From NCBI GenBank assembly GCA_041476105.1, contig JBGOSS010000001.1, forward strand, positions 16,297 through 80,296: a stretch of DNA of 64,000 nt. Direction: 5' to 3'. The position numbers and the translations under genes were made by a program. The notes below the pieces were generated by a model. It was not told where the DNA came from and ran no database searches. It saw nothing but the letters and a program-made list of their open reading frames with translations. Within the stretch, counting starts at the first letter, position 1; each line of letters begins with the position of its first letter. Of this stretch, positions 1 to 7,590 are shown in pieces. This DNA is from Gemmatimonadota bacterium (GTDB taxonomy: Bacteria; Gemmatimonadota; Gemmatimonadetes; Gemmatimonadales; JACORV01).

Positions 1-142
1 CCGGCTTGTCGAGGTGGATGGGCGACGTCTCTGCTTCCGCGCCGCGATGGTGGGCGAAGGCATCGATCGCCGGCGCCGCGCCCCGCAGAGCCGCCGCCGC
101 CACCAGGAGCAGCGCCGCGAGGCGGCCCGGGAGGCGGCTCAT
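1..142 (-). CDS. 5' part of a secreted/membrane protein (runs off window)
   Basis: ATG at 140-142 overlaps the rpiB TGA (ATGA); reads MSRLPGRLAALLLVAAALRGAAPAIDAFAHHRGAE..., signal-peptide-like. Confidence 0.6.
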   Translation of the reverse strand, partial: MSRLPGRLAALLLVAAAALRGAAPAIDAFAHHRGAEAETSPIHLDKP

Positions 143-786
143 CGGTCGAGGGCGTTGATCTTGTCGACGCGGGGCTGGTGGCGTCCGCCGCCGAACGCCG
201 TGGTGAGGAAGGTCTTGACGATGTCGGTGGCGAGGCGCTGGCCGATCAGCGTGCCGCCCAGGGTCAGGACGTTGGCGTCGTTGTGCTCGCGGGCATTGGC
301 CGCGGTGGTGAGATCGTAGCACAGCGCGGCGCGCACGCCGGGAATCTTGTTGGCCGCCATCGCGCTGCCGATCCCGGCGCCGTCCACCATGATCCCGAGG
401 GAGGCCCGGCCCTCCGCGACGGCGCGCGCCACGGCGACCGCGAAGTCGGGATAGTCCACCGCCTCGGTGGAGTGCGTGCCCAGGTCGAGCACCTCGCAGC
501 CCAATTCACTCAGCAGCTTCCTGAGGGCTTCCTTCATCGGGAAGCCACCGTGGTCGGACCCGAGGGCAACGACGGTGCGTGGTGCGTGGTGCGTAGTGCG
601 TGGTACCTCGTGCGCCGGTGCCCCGGTCCCCCGGTGCCTCGGTGCCTCGGTCACCAGCGCCACCCCCAGCTGCTTCGCCAGGTCGCGCGCCGCCGGCGTC
701 ACCACGGCACCCCTGGGCAGCGCCACGCTCCGGCCGCTTCCGGCGGCGGCGCGGACATCGGCCTCCGTCACGGCGCGGTGCGTCAT
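139..786 (-). CDS. rpiB: Ribose-5-phosphate isomerase B with extra N-terminal domain
   Basis: GSDHGG, VDYPDFA, DGAGIGSAMAANK, AREHNDANVL, FGGGRH motifs of the RpiB/LacAB family. Confidence 0.92.
   Translation of the reverse strand: MTHRAVTEADVRAAAGSGRSVALPRGAVVTPAARDLAKQLGVALVTEAPRHRGTGAPAHEVPRTTHHAPRTVVALGSDHGGFPMKEALRKLLSELGCEVLDLGTHSTEAVDYPDFAVAVARAVAEGRASLGIMVDGAGIGSAMAANKIPGVRAALCYDLTTAANAREHNDANVLTLGGTLIGQRLATDIVKTFLTTAFGGGRHQPRVDKINALDR
574..651. repeat. Heptamer (GGTGCGT)x4 plus octamer (CGGTGCCY-like)x4 tandem arrays in frame in rpiB
   Basis: Units read directly at 574-601 and 616-647; they encode the linker TEAPRHRGTGAPAHEVPRTTHHAPRT. Confidence 0.85.
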
Positions 787-1448
787 CTCGGCTGCGGCAC
801 GATGACGATGTGCCCGAAGTGATACAGCTGCTGGATGGTGTAGCGGTCGTCGGTGCTCAGCACCCGTCGCCTCGGCCTCACGAACATGAGATCGACGGGG
901 TTGGGGCTATGGGAAAAGAGCCCGAGCGTGTGGCCGATTTCGTGGGCCGTGACGAAGTGGTAGCACCCGCTGACCGCGACCGTGTCGGGGTTCTGCGGCG
1001 CGACGTAGGCCCGCACCGGCCGCTCGAGCCGATTCAGGCTGTCGAGCGCGATGTCGGTGCGCCCGATGCACGCCCCGACCGAGTCGGCGAATACCACGGT
1101 ACTCCCCGTGGTGAGCGGCGGCAGCAGCGCCGGGTTGCGAATGATGACGTCGGCGGTCGTCGAGTCGGTCACCCGTTGCACCGACAGCTCCCCGCAGTGG
1201 AAGGCGTTCAGCCACAGCACCAGCCCGCTGTCCACGTTGGCCTGGAGCGCGCCGACCGGCTCGGCGTAGTAGCGCACCGGATAGTACGAGCCCGGCCAGC
1301 GGAAGATGACGGTGGAGTCTCCCGGAGCGGCCACTGGGTAGACAGCGCCACTGTCCTCGAAGCAGGCCGAGCTGCCCGCGTCGTGGCACGCGACGGCCGC
1401 GAGCACCGCCGCGCCGTAGAGGCCGATCGCCGTCAGCGCGCGACGCAT
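783..1448 (-). CDS. Matrixin/metzincin-family zinc metalloprotease, probable lipoprotein
   Basis: HEIGHTLGLFSHS zinc motif followed by Met-turn (DLMF); lipobox-like LAAVAC; start placed at ATG 1448. Confidence 0.8.
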   Translation of the reverse strand: MRRALTAIGLYGAAVLAAVACHDAGSSACFEDSGAVYPVAAPGDSTVIFRWPGSYYPVRYYAEPVGALQANVDSGLVLWLNAFHCGELSVQRVTDSTTADVIIRNPALLPPLTTGSTVVFADSVGACIGRTDIALDSLNRLERPVRAYVAPQNPDTVAVSGCYHFVTAHEIGHTLGLFSHSPNPVDLMFVRPRRRVLSTDDRYTIQQLYHFGHIVIVPQPR

Positions 1449-1479
1449 GAGCCAACGTAGCTCGGCCGGCAACGGTGTG

Positions 1480-2310
1480 TCAGGCCGCGGCCCGTTCCGG
1501 GATCAGCCGCCGGACGGCGCCCGCGGCCATCAGCACGACACCGTAGCTGCATACGATGGTCGGGCCGGTCGGCAGGTCGGAGCGGTACGAGACCACCAGT
1601 CCCAGCGCGGAGGCGAGCGCGCCGGTGCCGAACGCGATGAGCGTCAGCTTGCCCGGGCTGCGCGTGAAGAGGAACGCCGTCACGGCGGGCACGACCAGGA
1701 AGCTGAACACCAGCAGGACGCCGCCCAGCGGAACCGAGAAGGTGATGACGACGCCGAAGATGGTATAAAAGCAGAAGTCCCACAGCCGCAGGCGCCAGCC
1801 CAGTGCCGCCGCGGCCGCGGCGTTGAAGGAAATGGTTTGGAAGCGGTAGCGGAGGGCGAAGAGCGCGGCCCCCAGGACGGCGTAGGCGGCGGCCAGCTTG
1901 CCGATGGTCGGCCAGGTGACCCAGAGGATGGTGCCGACCAGCACGTCCTTGATCGCGTCGGCCCCGCGCGGCGCCTTGTCGGCGACCAGCAGCGCGGCGG
2001 CCGAAGCCACGACGTAGACGATGCCGATGATCGCTTCCTGCGGGACGCGGCCCTTCTCGTGGGTGCGGGTCGCGGCGAACAACGCGGCGCCGAGCACCAC
2101 GAAGCCCAGGGCGAAGAGCTGCGCGGTGCCGGAGCCCGGCGCCACGCCCACCAGCAGGCCGGTGGTCGTCCCCAGCGCGGCCATCTGCGCCAGCGACAGG
2201 TCGACGAAGATCACCTCGCGCGCGATGACGTGCAGGCCCAGGTAGGAGTGGATCGCCACCAGGATCATGCACGCCACGAAGGGCGGCAGCATCAGCTCCA
2301 GGCCGCTCAT
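1480..2310 (-). CDS. Metal (Zn/Mn) ABC transporter permease, ABC-3 family
   Basis: Polytopic; GLHVIAREVIFVDLSLAQMAALG and GVLLVFSFLVVPA motifs. Confidence 0.88.
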   Translation of the reverse strand: MSGLELMLPPFVACMILVAIHSYLGLHVIAREVIFVDLSLAQMAALGTTTGLLVGVAPGSGTAQLFALGFVVLGAALFAATRTHEKGRVPQEAIIGIVYVVASAAALLVADKAPRGADAIKDVLVGTILWVTWPTIGKLAAAYAVLGAALFALRYRFQTISFNAAAAAALGWRLRLWDFCFYTIFGVVITFSVPLGGVLLVFSFLVVPAVTAFLFTRSPGKLTLIAFGTGALASALGLVVSYRSDLPTGPTIVCSYGVVLMAAGAVRRLIPERAAA

Positions 2311-3335
2311 CGGCTGCTCGCTCCACCGAAGCCCTGCACCAGGCCGCTGATCCAGGTGTTCATGAGGTCGAAGTAGGTCTCGACGCCGGGCGCGCCGTGG
2401 GTGTTCTCGGGCACGATCACGGGGTTGGCGTTGGTCCGCGCGGCCACGTCGCGGATCTGGTTGTGATCGAAATAGTTCGAGGCGAAGAGCACCGGGATGT
2501 GCCGATCCCGCATCAGCGCGATCACCTCCTGCACGTGCCGGGGCGTCGGCGGAATGCCGGGCTTGGCCTCGATGTACTCCACGCAGCTGACGCCGTAGCG
2601 GTTACTGAAGTAGGCCCACTCCTTGTGGTAGCAGACCATCTCTTTGCCGCGGAACGGCAGCGCCTGCTGCATCCAGCCGCCGAGCCGCGTCAGGAGGGGG
2701 CGTCCCTGGTACGCGGTCTGGAGGAAGGTCATGATCCGGCCGCTCTTGGCCAGCTCGAAGATCTGCGCCGGGGTGATGATCCGGACCAGCTCCTCGCCGA
2801 ACGTCGCGTTCAGGACGCGCTGCTCGAAGTCCTGCTCCCGGCCGGCGAAGAAGTCGCCGTTGGCCGGCGAGACCCGGCGCAGCCCGGCCAGGATGTTCCG
2901 CGCGATGATGATCGCGTTGATCGGGTCGGTGTGGATGTGCGGATTGCCGTCGACGTGGATGTCGCCCTCCGCGCGCGAGAGCGACGTGGGAATCTCGAGG
3001 ATGTTGATGCCCCGGAACGCGGCGACGTAGCCCGGCCCGTTCTCGCGGATGCGCGCGTTGCCGGCGCGGTCGAGGAGCGTGGGCACCCACAGCTCCAGGT
3101 CCATCCCGGTGGTGACGAAGAGGTCCGCGTCACGCAGCAGCGGCACGAAACTCGGCCGCGGCTGCACGAAGTGCGGGTCCTCGTCGCCCTCGGCGATCGA
3201 GGTGACCGTGGCGCGGTCGCCGGTGATCTCCCGGGCGATCGCCGCGTAGGTCGTGAGCGAGGTGACGACCTTGACCGGGTCGGTCGGGCCGGCGAGCGCG
3301 CCGGCGAGGATCAGGGGTAGCAGCATCGGCGTCAT
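2307..3335 (-). CDS. Metal ABC transporter substrate-binding protein (ZnuA/TroA family)
   Basis: Signal peptide; DPHF, GNPHIHTDP, CYHKEWAYF, EAKPGIPPTPRH metal-binding motifs. Confidence 0.9.
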   Translation of the reverse strand: MTPMLLPLILAGALAGPTDPVKVVTSLTTYAAIAREITGDRATVTSIAEGDEDPHFVQPRPSFVPLLRDADLFVTTGMDLELWVPTLLDRAGNARIRENGPGYVAAFRGINILEIPTSLSRAEGDIHVDGNPHIHTDPINAIIIARNILAGLRRVSPANGDFFAGREQDFEQRVLNATFGEELVRIITPAQIFELAKSGRIMTFLQTAYQGRPLLTRLGGWMQQALPFRGKEMVCYHKEWAYFSNRYGVSCVEYIEAKPGIPPTPRHVQEVIALMRDRHIPVLFASNYFDHNQIRDVAARTNANPVIVPENTHGAPGVETYFDLMNTWISGLVQGFGGASSR

Positions 3336-4598
3336 TTAGAAGAGCTCGTGTTTGTGGGGGCCCATCGCGTAGACGACTTGGAGCGAGAGGCGGTCGGCGC
3401 TGGTGCCGAAGCGGTTCGCGTGCTCGTAGAGCCCGCGCAGGTAGACGAATTCACTCTGCCAGAAGGTGAGCGACGGTGTGATGGCCCACTCGTGGACCAG
3501 CGGCCCGGGGTCCGGTGATTGCACGTAGTCGCCGCGGATGCTCGCGATCCACCGCCGGTCCAGCTTCCACGTCGCATCGGCGTAGCCGCCCAGTCGCAGC
3601 GCGTTGAAGGCGGCCGGGGCCGCCAGGGCGAACTTCCGCCGGAGCGCCCACAGTTCGCCGCGCAGCGTCAGCTCGCGGCCCTGGCCCCGCTGGGGCGGCC
3701 GCCAGGTGTAGCGTGCCGCCAGGGCGCCGAGGGTGGTGGTGAGACTGCTGTCGGCGTTGGTGCCGTACAGGCCGCTGAGGCTGACCTGCGCGTAGGTGGC
3801 GCGCGTGAGCTGCCAGAAGCCCGCCAGCTGGGCGTTGAGGGCGGGGCGGCGGCCGCCGGCGAAGAGGACGTCGTTCTCGCCGGCCGTCGCCTGGATGGTC
3901 AGCTCGTACGCCCCGGCGCGGCCCGAGAAGGGCAGCGGCCAGTAGAGCGAGGCCCCGGGGCCGGCGATCCCGTCGCCGCCGCCGAAGCGGCGAACCACCA
4001 GCGGGTATTCGTCCTCGGGGAGCGCATGGAGGTGCCAGCGGTTGAGCTCGCCGACCTGTTGCCGGAACTGCCCGAGGTCCAGCCGCAGGTGGCCGGGGAG
4101 CGCGGTGAAGTACAGGTAGCCCTCCTCGATCCCGACCTGCCCATCCTCGATGGAGAGGATGATCTTCGCGGTGGAGAAGGGGTCGAGTGCCGATTGGAAG
4201 CCGATTTCGAACTCCCGCGCGACGAACGGTTCCGTCTGCGGGCCGGGATGATGCCAGTTGGCCCGGAAATCGCCGGTCACCGAGATCTCCGGATTCAGCG
4301 CGTTCTGGCCGAGTCGTGCCTGCTGCGGGCGGGAGGCGGAGGCCGAGTCGGCGCCGGCGGCCGCCGCGGCGGCTCGGAGCAGGGCGAGCTCGTCGCCGCC
4401 CGACGTGTCGCCGCCGGAGCGCGCGTGCACCAGGCTGTCGATGCGCACCTGGAGCGCCCGCAGGACGGCGGTCAGAGAATCGAGGGTGCGCTGCTGGCGC
4501 CGTGCGGTGGAGTCCGCGGACGCCTGCGCGGAGAGCGTCGCTCCCCAAAGGAGCAGGGCCGCGACGGTGGTCGCGGCGGTTCGTCGATGCAGAATCAT
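3336..4598 (-). CDS. Outer-membrane beta-barrel/porin-like protein of the metal-uptake operon
   Basis: Signal peptide, N-terminal coiled coil, NPEISV and LNRWHLH motifs, amphipathic beta strands, C-terminal GPHKHELF. Confidence 0.7.
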   Translation of the reverse strand: MILHRRTAATTVAALLLWGATLSAQASADSTARRQQRTLDSLTAVLRALQVRIDSLVHARSGGDTSGGDELALLRAAAAAAGADSASASRPQQARLGQNALNPEISVTGDFRANWHHPGPQTEPFVAREFEIGFQSALDPFSTAKIILSIEDGQVGIEEGYLYFTALPGHLRLDLGQFRQQVGELNRWHLHALPEDEYPLVVRRFGGGDGIAGPGASLYWPLPFSGRAGAYELTIQATAGENDVLFAGGRRPALNAQLAGFWQLTRATYAQVSLSGLYGTNADSSLTTTLGALAARYTWRPPQRGQGRELTLRGELWALRRKFALAAPAAFNALRLGGYADATWKLDRRWIASIRGDYVQSPDPGPLVHEWAITPSLTFWQSEFVYLRGLYEHANRFGTSADRLSLQVVYAMGPHKHELF

Positions 4599-4607
4599 GG
4601 GACTGAA

Positions 4608-4652
4608 AACCCTCGTCCAACGGGTTCTCCGGTGCGCACGGTGCGACCGGAG
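4608..4652 (-). promoter_or_regulatory. Two adjacent stem-loops between leader ORF and porin; one overlaps the putative SD
   Basis: CTCCGGT/ACCGGAG (4627-4633/4646-4652) and AACCC/GGGTT (4608-4612/4622-4626), the latter partly pairing GAGGG. Confidence 0.55.
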
Positions 4653-4656
4653 CCTG

Positions 4657-5007
4657 TCAGCCGAGGGTGAGGGGTGGTGCGCGGGAGAGGAACCGGAGGG
4701 GCGGCGCCCGGGGCGCGGCCGCCGACGCGACCAGATCCACCGACGCCGCCCGTTCGCTGCCGAAGGAAGGCAGCGATGTTCCGGCCGGGCACTGGGCGTT
4801 CATCGACAGCATCTGGCATGCCAGGCAGGTCGCCGGCTGGTGAATCGGCGCGCAGGCCTTGGAGTGGGCGGCCTCGATCGCCACCGGCCCCGGTGACCGC
4901 TCGCCCACCGCTTCCAGCGCCGGCGCGGCCGCGTACGCCAGCAGTTGGGCTGCGGCGAGCGACAGCGCGAGGCGCCGGAAAGCGATGCGGGAGCGGAGGG
5001 CTGGCAT
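4657..5007 (-). CDS. DUF2946/CruR/CutF-like leader peptide (signal, CxxC, C-terminal RAPP)
   Basis: MPALRSRIAFRRLALSLAAAQLL...HQPATCLAC...PRAPPLRFLSRAPPLTLG; directly upstream of metal-uptake genes; TACATT -10 six nt before ATG. Confidence 0.75.
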   Translation of the reverse strand: MPALRSRIAFRRLALSLAAAQLLAYAAAPALEAVGERSPGPVAIEAAHSKACAPIHQPATCLACQMLSMNAQCPAGTSLPSFGSERAASVDLVASAAAPRAPPLRFLSRAPPLTLG

Positions 5008-5024
5008 GTCCTTAATGTAGCCTA

Positions 5025-5960
5025 TTAGGCCGCAGGGCGACGTCTGTTCCCGGCCGCCGACCAGGCCCGCAGCCGTCGCAACATGCGGCGATCGTTGGTG
5101 ACCAGGTCCTCCCCCTTGGGCGTCTCGATGACCTTGATCACCCCCGCGAACCGGGGGTCGGTCATGATGCGGCGGAACGGCTCCCGGCCGATGTGCCCCT
5201 CGCCCAGGAGCTGATGGCGGTCCAGGTGGCTGCCCCGGACGGCTTTCGCGTCGTTGAGGTGGAGCACCGCGAGCCGATCCATGCCTAGGACCCCCTCGAA
5301 GTGACGCCAGACGCCATCGAAGTTGTCGACCAGGTCGTATCCCGCCACGTGGATGTGGCAGGTGTCGACGCACACCGCGACACGCCGCCGCGCGGCTCCG
5401 GGGAGCAAGTCGATCAGGCCGCGTAGCTCCTCGAAAGTCGAGCCGAGCGCGGTTCCGGCACCTGCCGTGGTTTCAACGGCTACGCGCACCCTGCCCGGCA
5501 CGCTGGCCAGGCAGCGCGCGTATGACTCGGCGTTGCGCGCGAGGCCGGCGGCCCGCTCGTCCATGTAGTTGCCCGGATGCGAGACGATCCACGGGATGCC
5601 AAGGGCGGTGCAGCGCTTGAGCTCGGCGGTGAAAGAGGCCTCGGAGCGTCGCCGCATGGCCGGATCGGGCGAGGCCAGGTTGATGAGGTACGAGTCGTGG
5701 CTGGTGATCGCGCGGATGCCGTGCGTCGCGACTTCGGCTTTGAAGCGGGCGGCGACGTCGGGCGTGATGACGGGCTCACGCCACTGATTGGGTGTCTTGG
5801 TGAACAGCTGGATGGCGCGGGCGCGGATCGCGGCGCCGCGCGCGGGGGCGGTGAATACGCCACCCTGTGTGGATACATGAGCGCCGACGAGGTCCGAAGG
5901 TGGAGATGCGCGGACGCGCGGGCGCGGGGTGCGCGCCGGACGCCGGGTGCGCCGCTTCAA
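5025..5960 (-). CDS. nfo: Endonuclease IV (AP endonuclease 2)
   Basis: GAHVS, HDSYLINLAS, HPG, ETTAG, DTCH, HLND, DRH, IETPK; TTG start overlapping upstream TGA. Confidence 0.92.
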   Translation of the reverse strand: MKRRTRRPARTPRPRVRASPPSDLVGAHVSTQGGVFTAPARGAAIRARAIQLFTKTPNQWREPVITPDVAARFKAEVATHGIRAITSHDSYLINLASPDPAMRRRSEASFTAELKRCTALGIPWIVSHPGNYMDERAAGLARNAESYARCLASVPGRVRVAVETTAGAGTALGSTFEELRGLIDLLPGAARRRVAVCVDTCHIHVAGYDLVDNFDGVWRHFEGVLGMDRLAVLHLNDAKAVRGSHLDRHQLLGEGHIGREPFRRIMTDPRFAGVIKVIETPKGEDLVTNDRRMLRRLRAWSAAGNRRRPAA

Positions 5961-6337
5961 ACCTGCGCGGCGGCGCTGAAGACGTCGGCCAGCGACCGTT
6001 CGGCGGCCCGAAGCTCGGCGCGGAGGCGGGCCATGAAGGTGTCGTAGTACTGGAGCTGGGAGAGGTCGCCTCCGTGCGCTTCGATCGCGCTTCGCAGCTC
6101 GGCGATGCGCGCCAGGTGGCGCTCCACGCCTGACGACAGCTGCTCGAGGGCGTGGGACAACTCGGCTGCGGACTCGCGGCGGCGCTCGCGGCGCCGGTGC
6201 AGGGAGGCCACGATCTCGCGCATGCCGATGGCGGGAATCCGTCCGCGCGGCAACGCCGCCGCGCGCGTCTCGACGACGGCCGCCGCCGCCGGCTCGTCCG
6301 TGGTCATCGGGGTGAGGGTCTTGCGGGTCGGGCTCAC
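5957..6337 (-). CDS. Hypothetical helical/coiled-coil protein
   Basis: Coupled by 4-nt overlaps at both ends; host-like codon usage. Confidence 0.65.
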   Translation of the reverse strand: MSPTRKTLTPMTTDEPAAAAVVETRAAALPRGRIPAIGMREIVASLHRRRERRRESAAELSHALEQLSSGVERHLARIAELRSAIEAHGGDLSQLQYYDTFMARLRAELRAAERSLADVFSAAAQV

Positions 6338-7317
6338 TGCTCGGGGTCGGAGCCCAGCAATCGCTTGAGCACCGACGGGCGCCGGCCCCGCCGGTCTTCC
6401 AGGGCCGCCTCGGCGTCCGCGGCGCGGTGCTCGAGCTGGAGCTTCGATTCGCGCAGTCGCTCGACCAGGGCCCGCTCGTTCTCGAGCTCGCTGCGCAACC
6501 GGTCGATATCCGCCCCGCCCGCGCTGTAGCGGGGCAGCGGATCGATCTCCAGGGCCGACGCATCGGCGCCTTCGTCGTGCGCCACCGCGTCGCTTCGCTC
6601 CGCGAAGGGCGGCGCGGCAACCGGCGGCGTGGAGAAGAACGACGAGGCAATGGAGTCGGTGTATTGGGGCGGCTGGGCCACCGGGCGATCCCCAGAGTCG
6701 GCGACCGGTGCCTGGGCGAGCGCGCGATCGGGCGGCTCGGGTTTCGCCGTGGAGGCGAAGGGGGTGCTGGGCGGCGCCGCGGCGATGGGGGTGCTGGGCG
6801 CCACCGGCGCTGGCGACTGCAATTGGGCCGGCGCGCGCTTTCCGGGCAGCTGCCCGCCGGACACCGCGACCCCGGCCTGCTCGGCGATTCCCTCCAGCAC
6901 TTTGTCCTGGCTCTCCAGGACCTCGGTCAGCCGCACGATCTCCTTGGCCATCTGCCAGAGCGCATCGCGCTGCTCTCGCTCGCCATCGAGGATCGCCGCC
7001 AGGAGATCCAGGTTGGTCACTTCCTCGATCGACACGGTACGCTGGGAGGTGTCGGCGCTGACGGTGACGGCCGGCGCGGAGGCGCCCTGCCGGGTGTGAA
7101 TGGTCGCGATGATCTCGGCGCGCGGGCGGCCCGTGGCGTAGGCCTTCGCGATCGAGCGCAATACCGCAACCGCCTGGGGCGGGTAGCGCCGGCGGCGACC
7201 GGTCCCGACCGACGGGATGTGGTCCAGATAGGCGTCGCGGTAGTACCGGACTGTGCTTTCGGGGAGCTTGAGCTCTTCAGCCAGCTGGCGGAGAGTGAGC
7301 AGCGATTCGTCGGACAT
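6334..7317 (-). CDS. MerR-type HTH protein with Pro/Ala linker, coiled coil and C-terminal amphipathic helix
   Basis: LTLRQLAEELKLPESTVRYY...GRRRRY HTH; C-terminal coiled coil; ends PSVLKRLLG. Confidence 0.8.
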   Translation of the reverse strand: MSDESLLTLRQLAEELKLPESTVRYYRDAYLDHIPSVGTGRRRRYPPQAVAVLRSIAKAYATGRPRAEIIATIHTRQGASAPAVTVSADTSQRTVSIEEVTNLDLLAAILDGEREQRDALWQMAKEIVRLTEVLESQDKVLEGIAEQAGVAVSGGQLPGKRAPAQLQSPAPVAPSTPIAAAPPSTPFASTAKPEPPDRALAQAPVADSGDRPVAQPPQYTDSIASSFFSTPPVAAPPFAERSDAVAHDEGADASALEIDPLPRYSAGGADIDRLRSELENERALVERLRESKLQLEHRAADAEAALEDRRGRRPSVLKRLLGSDPEQ

Positions 7318-7345
7318 GCCGGGAATCTTCCCACCGAAACGCGGA

Positions 7346-7375
7346 AGCGCAACCCCGGTGACCCGGGGTTGCGTT
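7346..7375 (-). terminator. GC-rich hairpin, probable terminator of the ftsEX-envC operon
   Basis: 11-bp stem CGCAACCCCGG/CCGGGGTTGCG with TGAC loop right after the TAA; weak U tract. Confidence 0.6.
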
Positions 7376-7590
7376 TACCCGCCGAGCGCGGCGCTGCGCC
7401 AGTCCCGGCCGCAGTTCGGGCAGTGCAGGCCGCCCTCCTCACCCTCGTCCAGGGCGTACTCCAGGTCGCGGCCGCAGGTGCAGGCGGCGGCCAGCGTGTC
7501 GTAGCCGCAGATGATGCAGTACTGGTCCGCGGCGTGGTACCGGCGGAAGCGGCCGCAGGTTTCGCAGACCTTCACGACCGGTTTGGTCAC
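7375..7590 (-). CDS. Small double zinc-ribbon protein (71 aa)
   Basis: CETC, CIIC, CTC, CPNC; GTG overlaps the envC TGA. Confidence 0.75.
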   Translation of the reverse strand: MTKPVVKVCETCGRFRRYHAADQYCIICGYDTLAAACTCGRDLEYALDEGEEGGLHCPNCGRDWRSAALGG

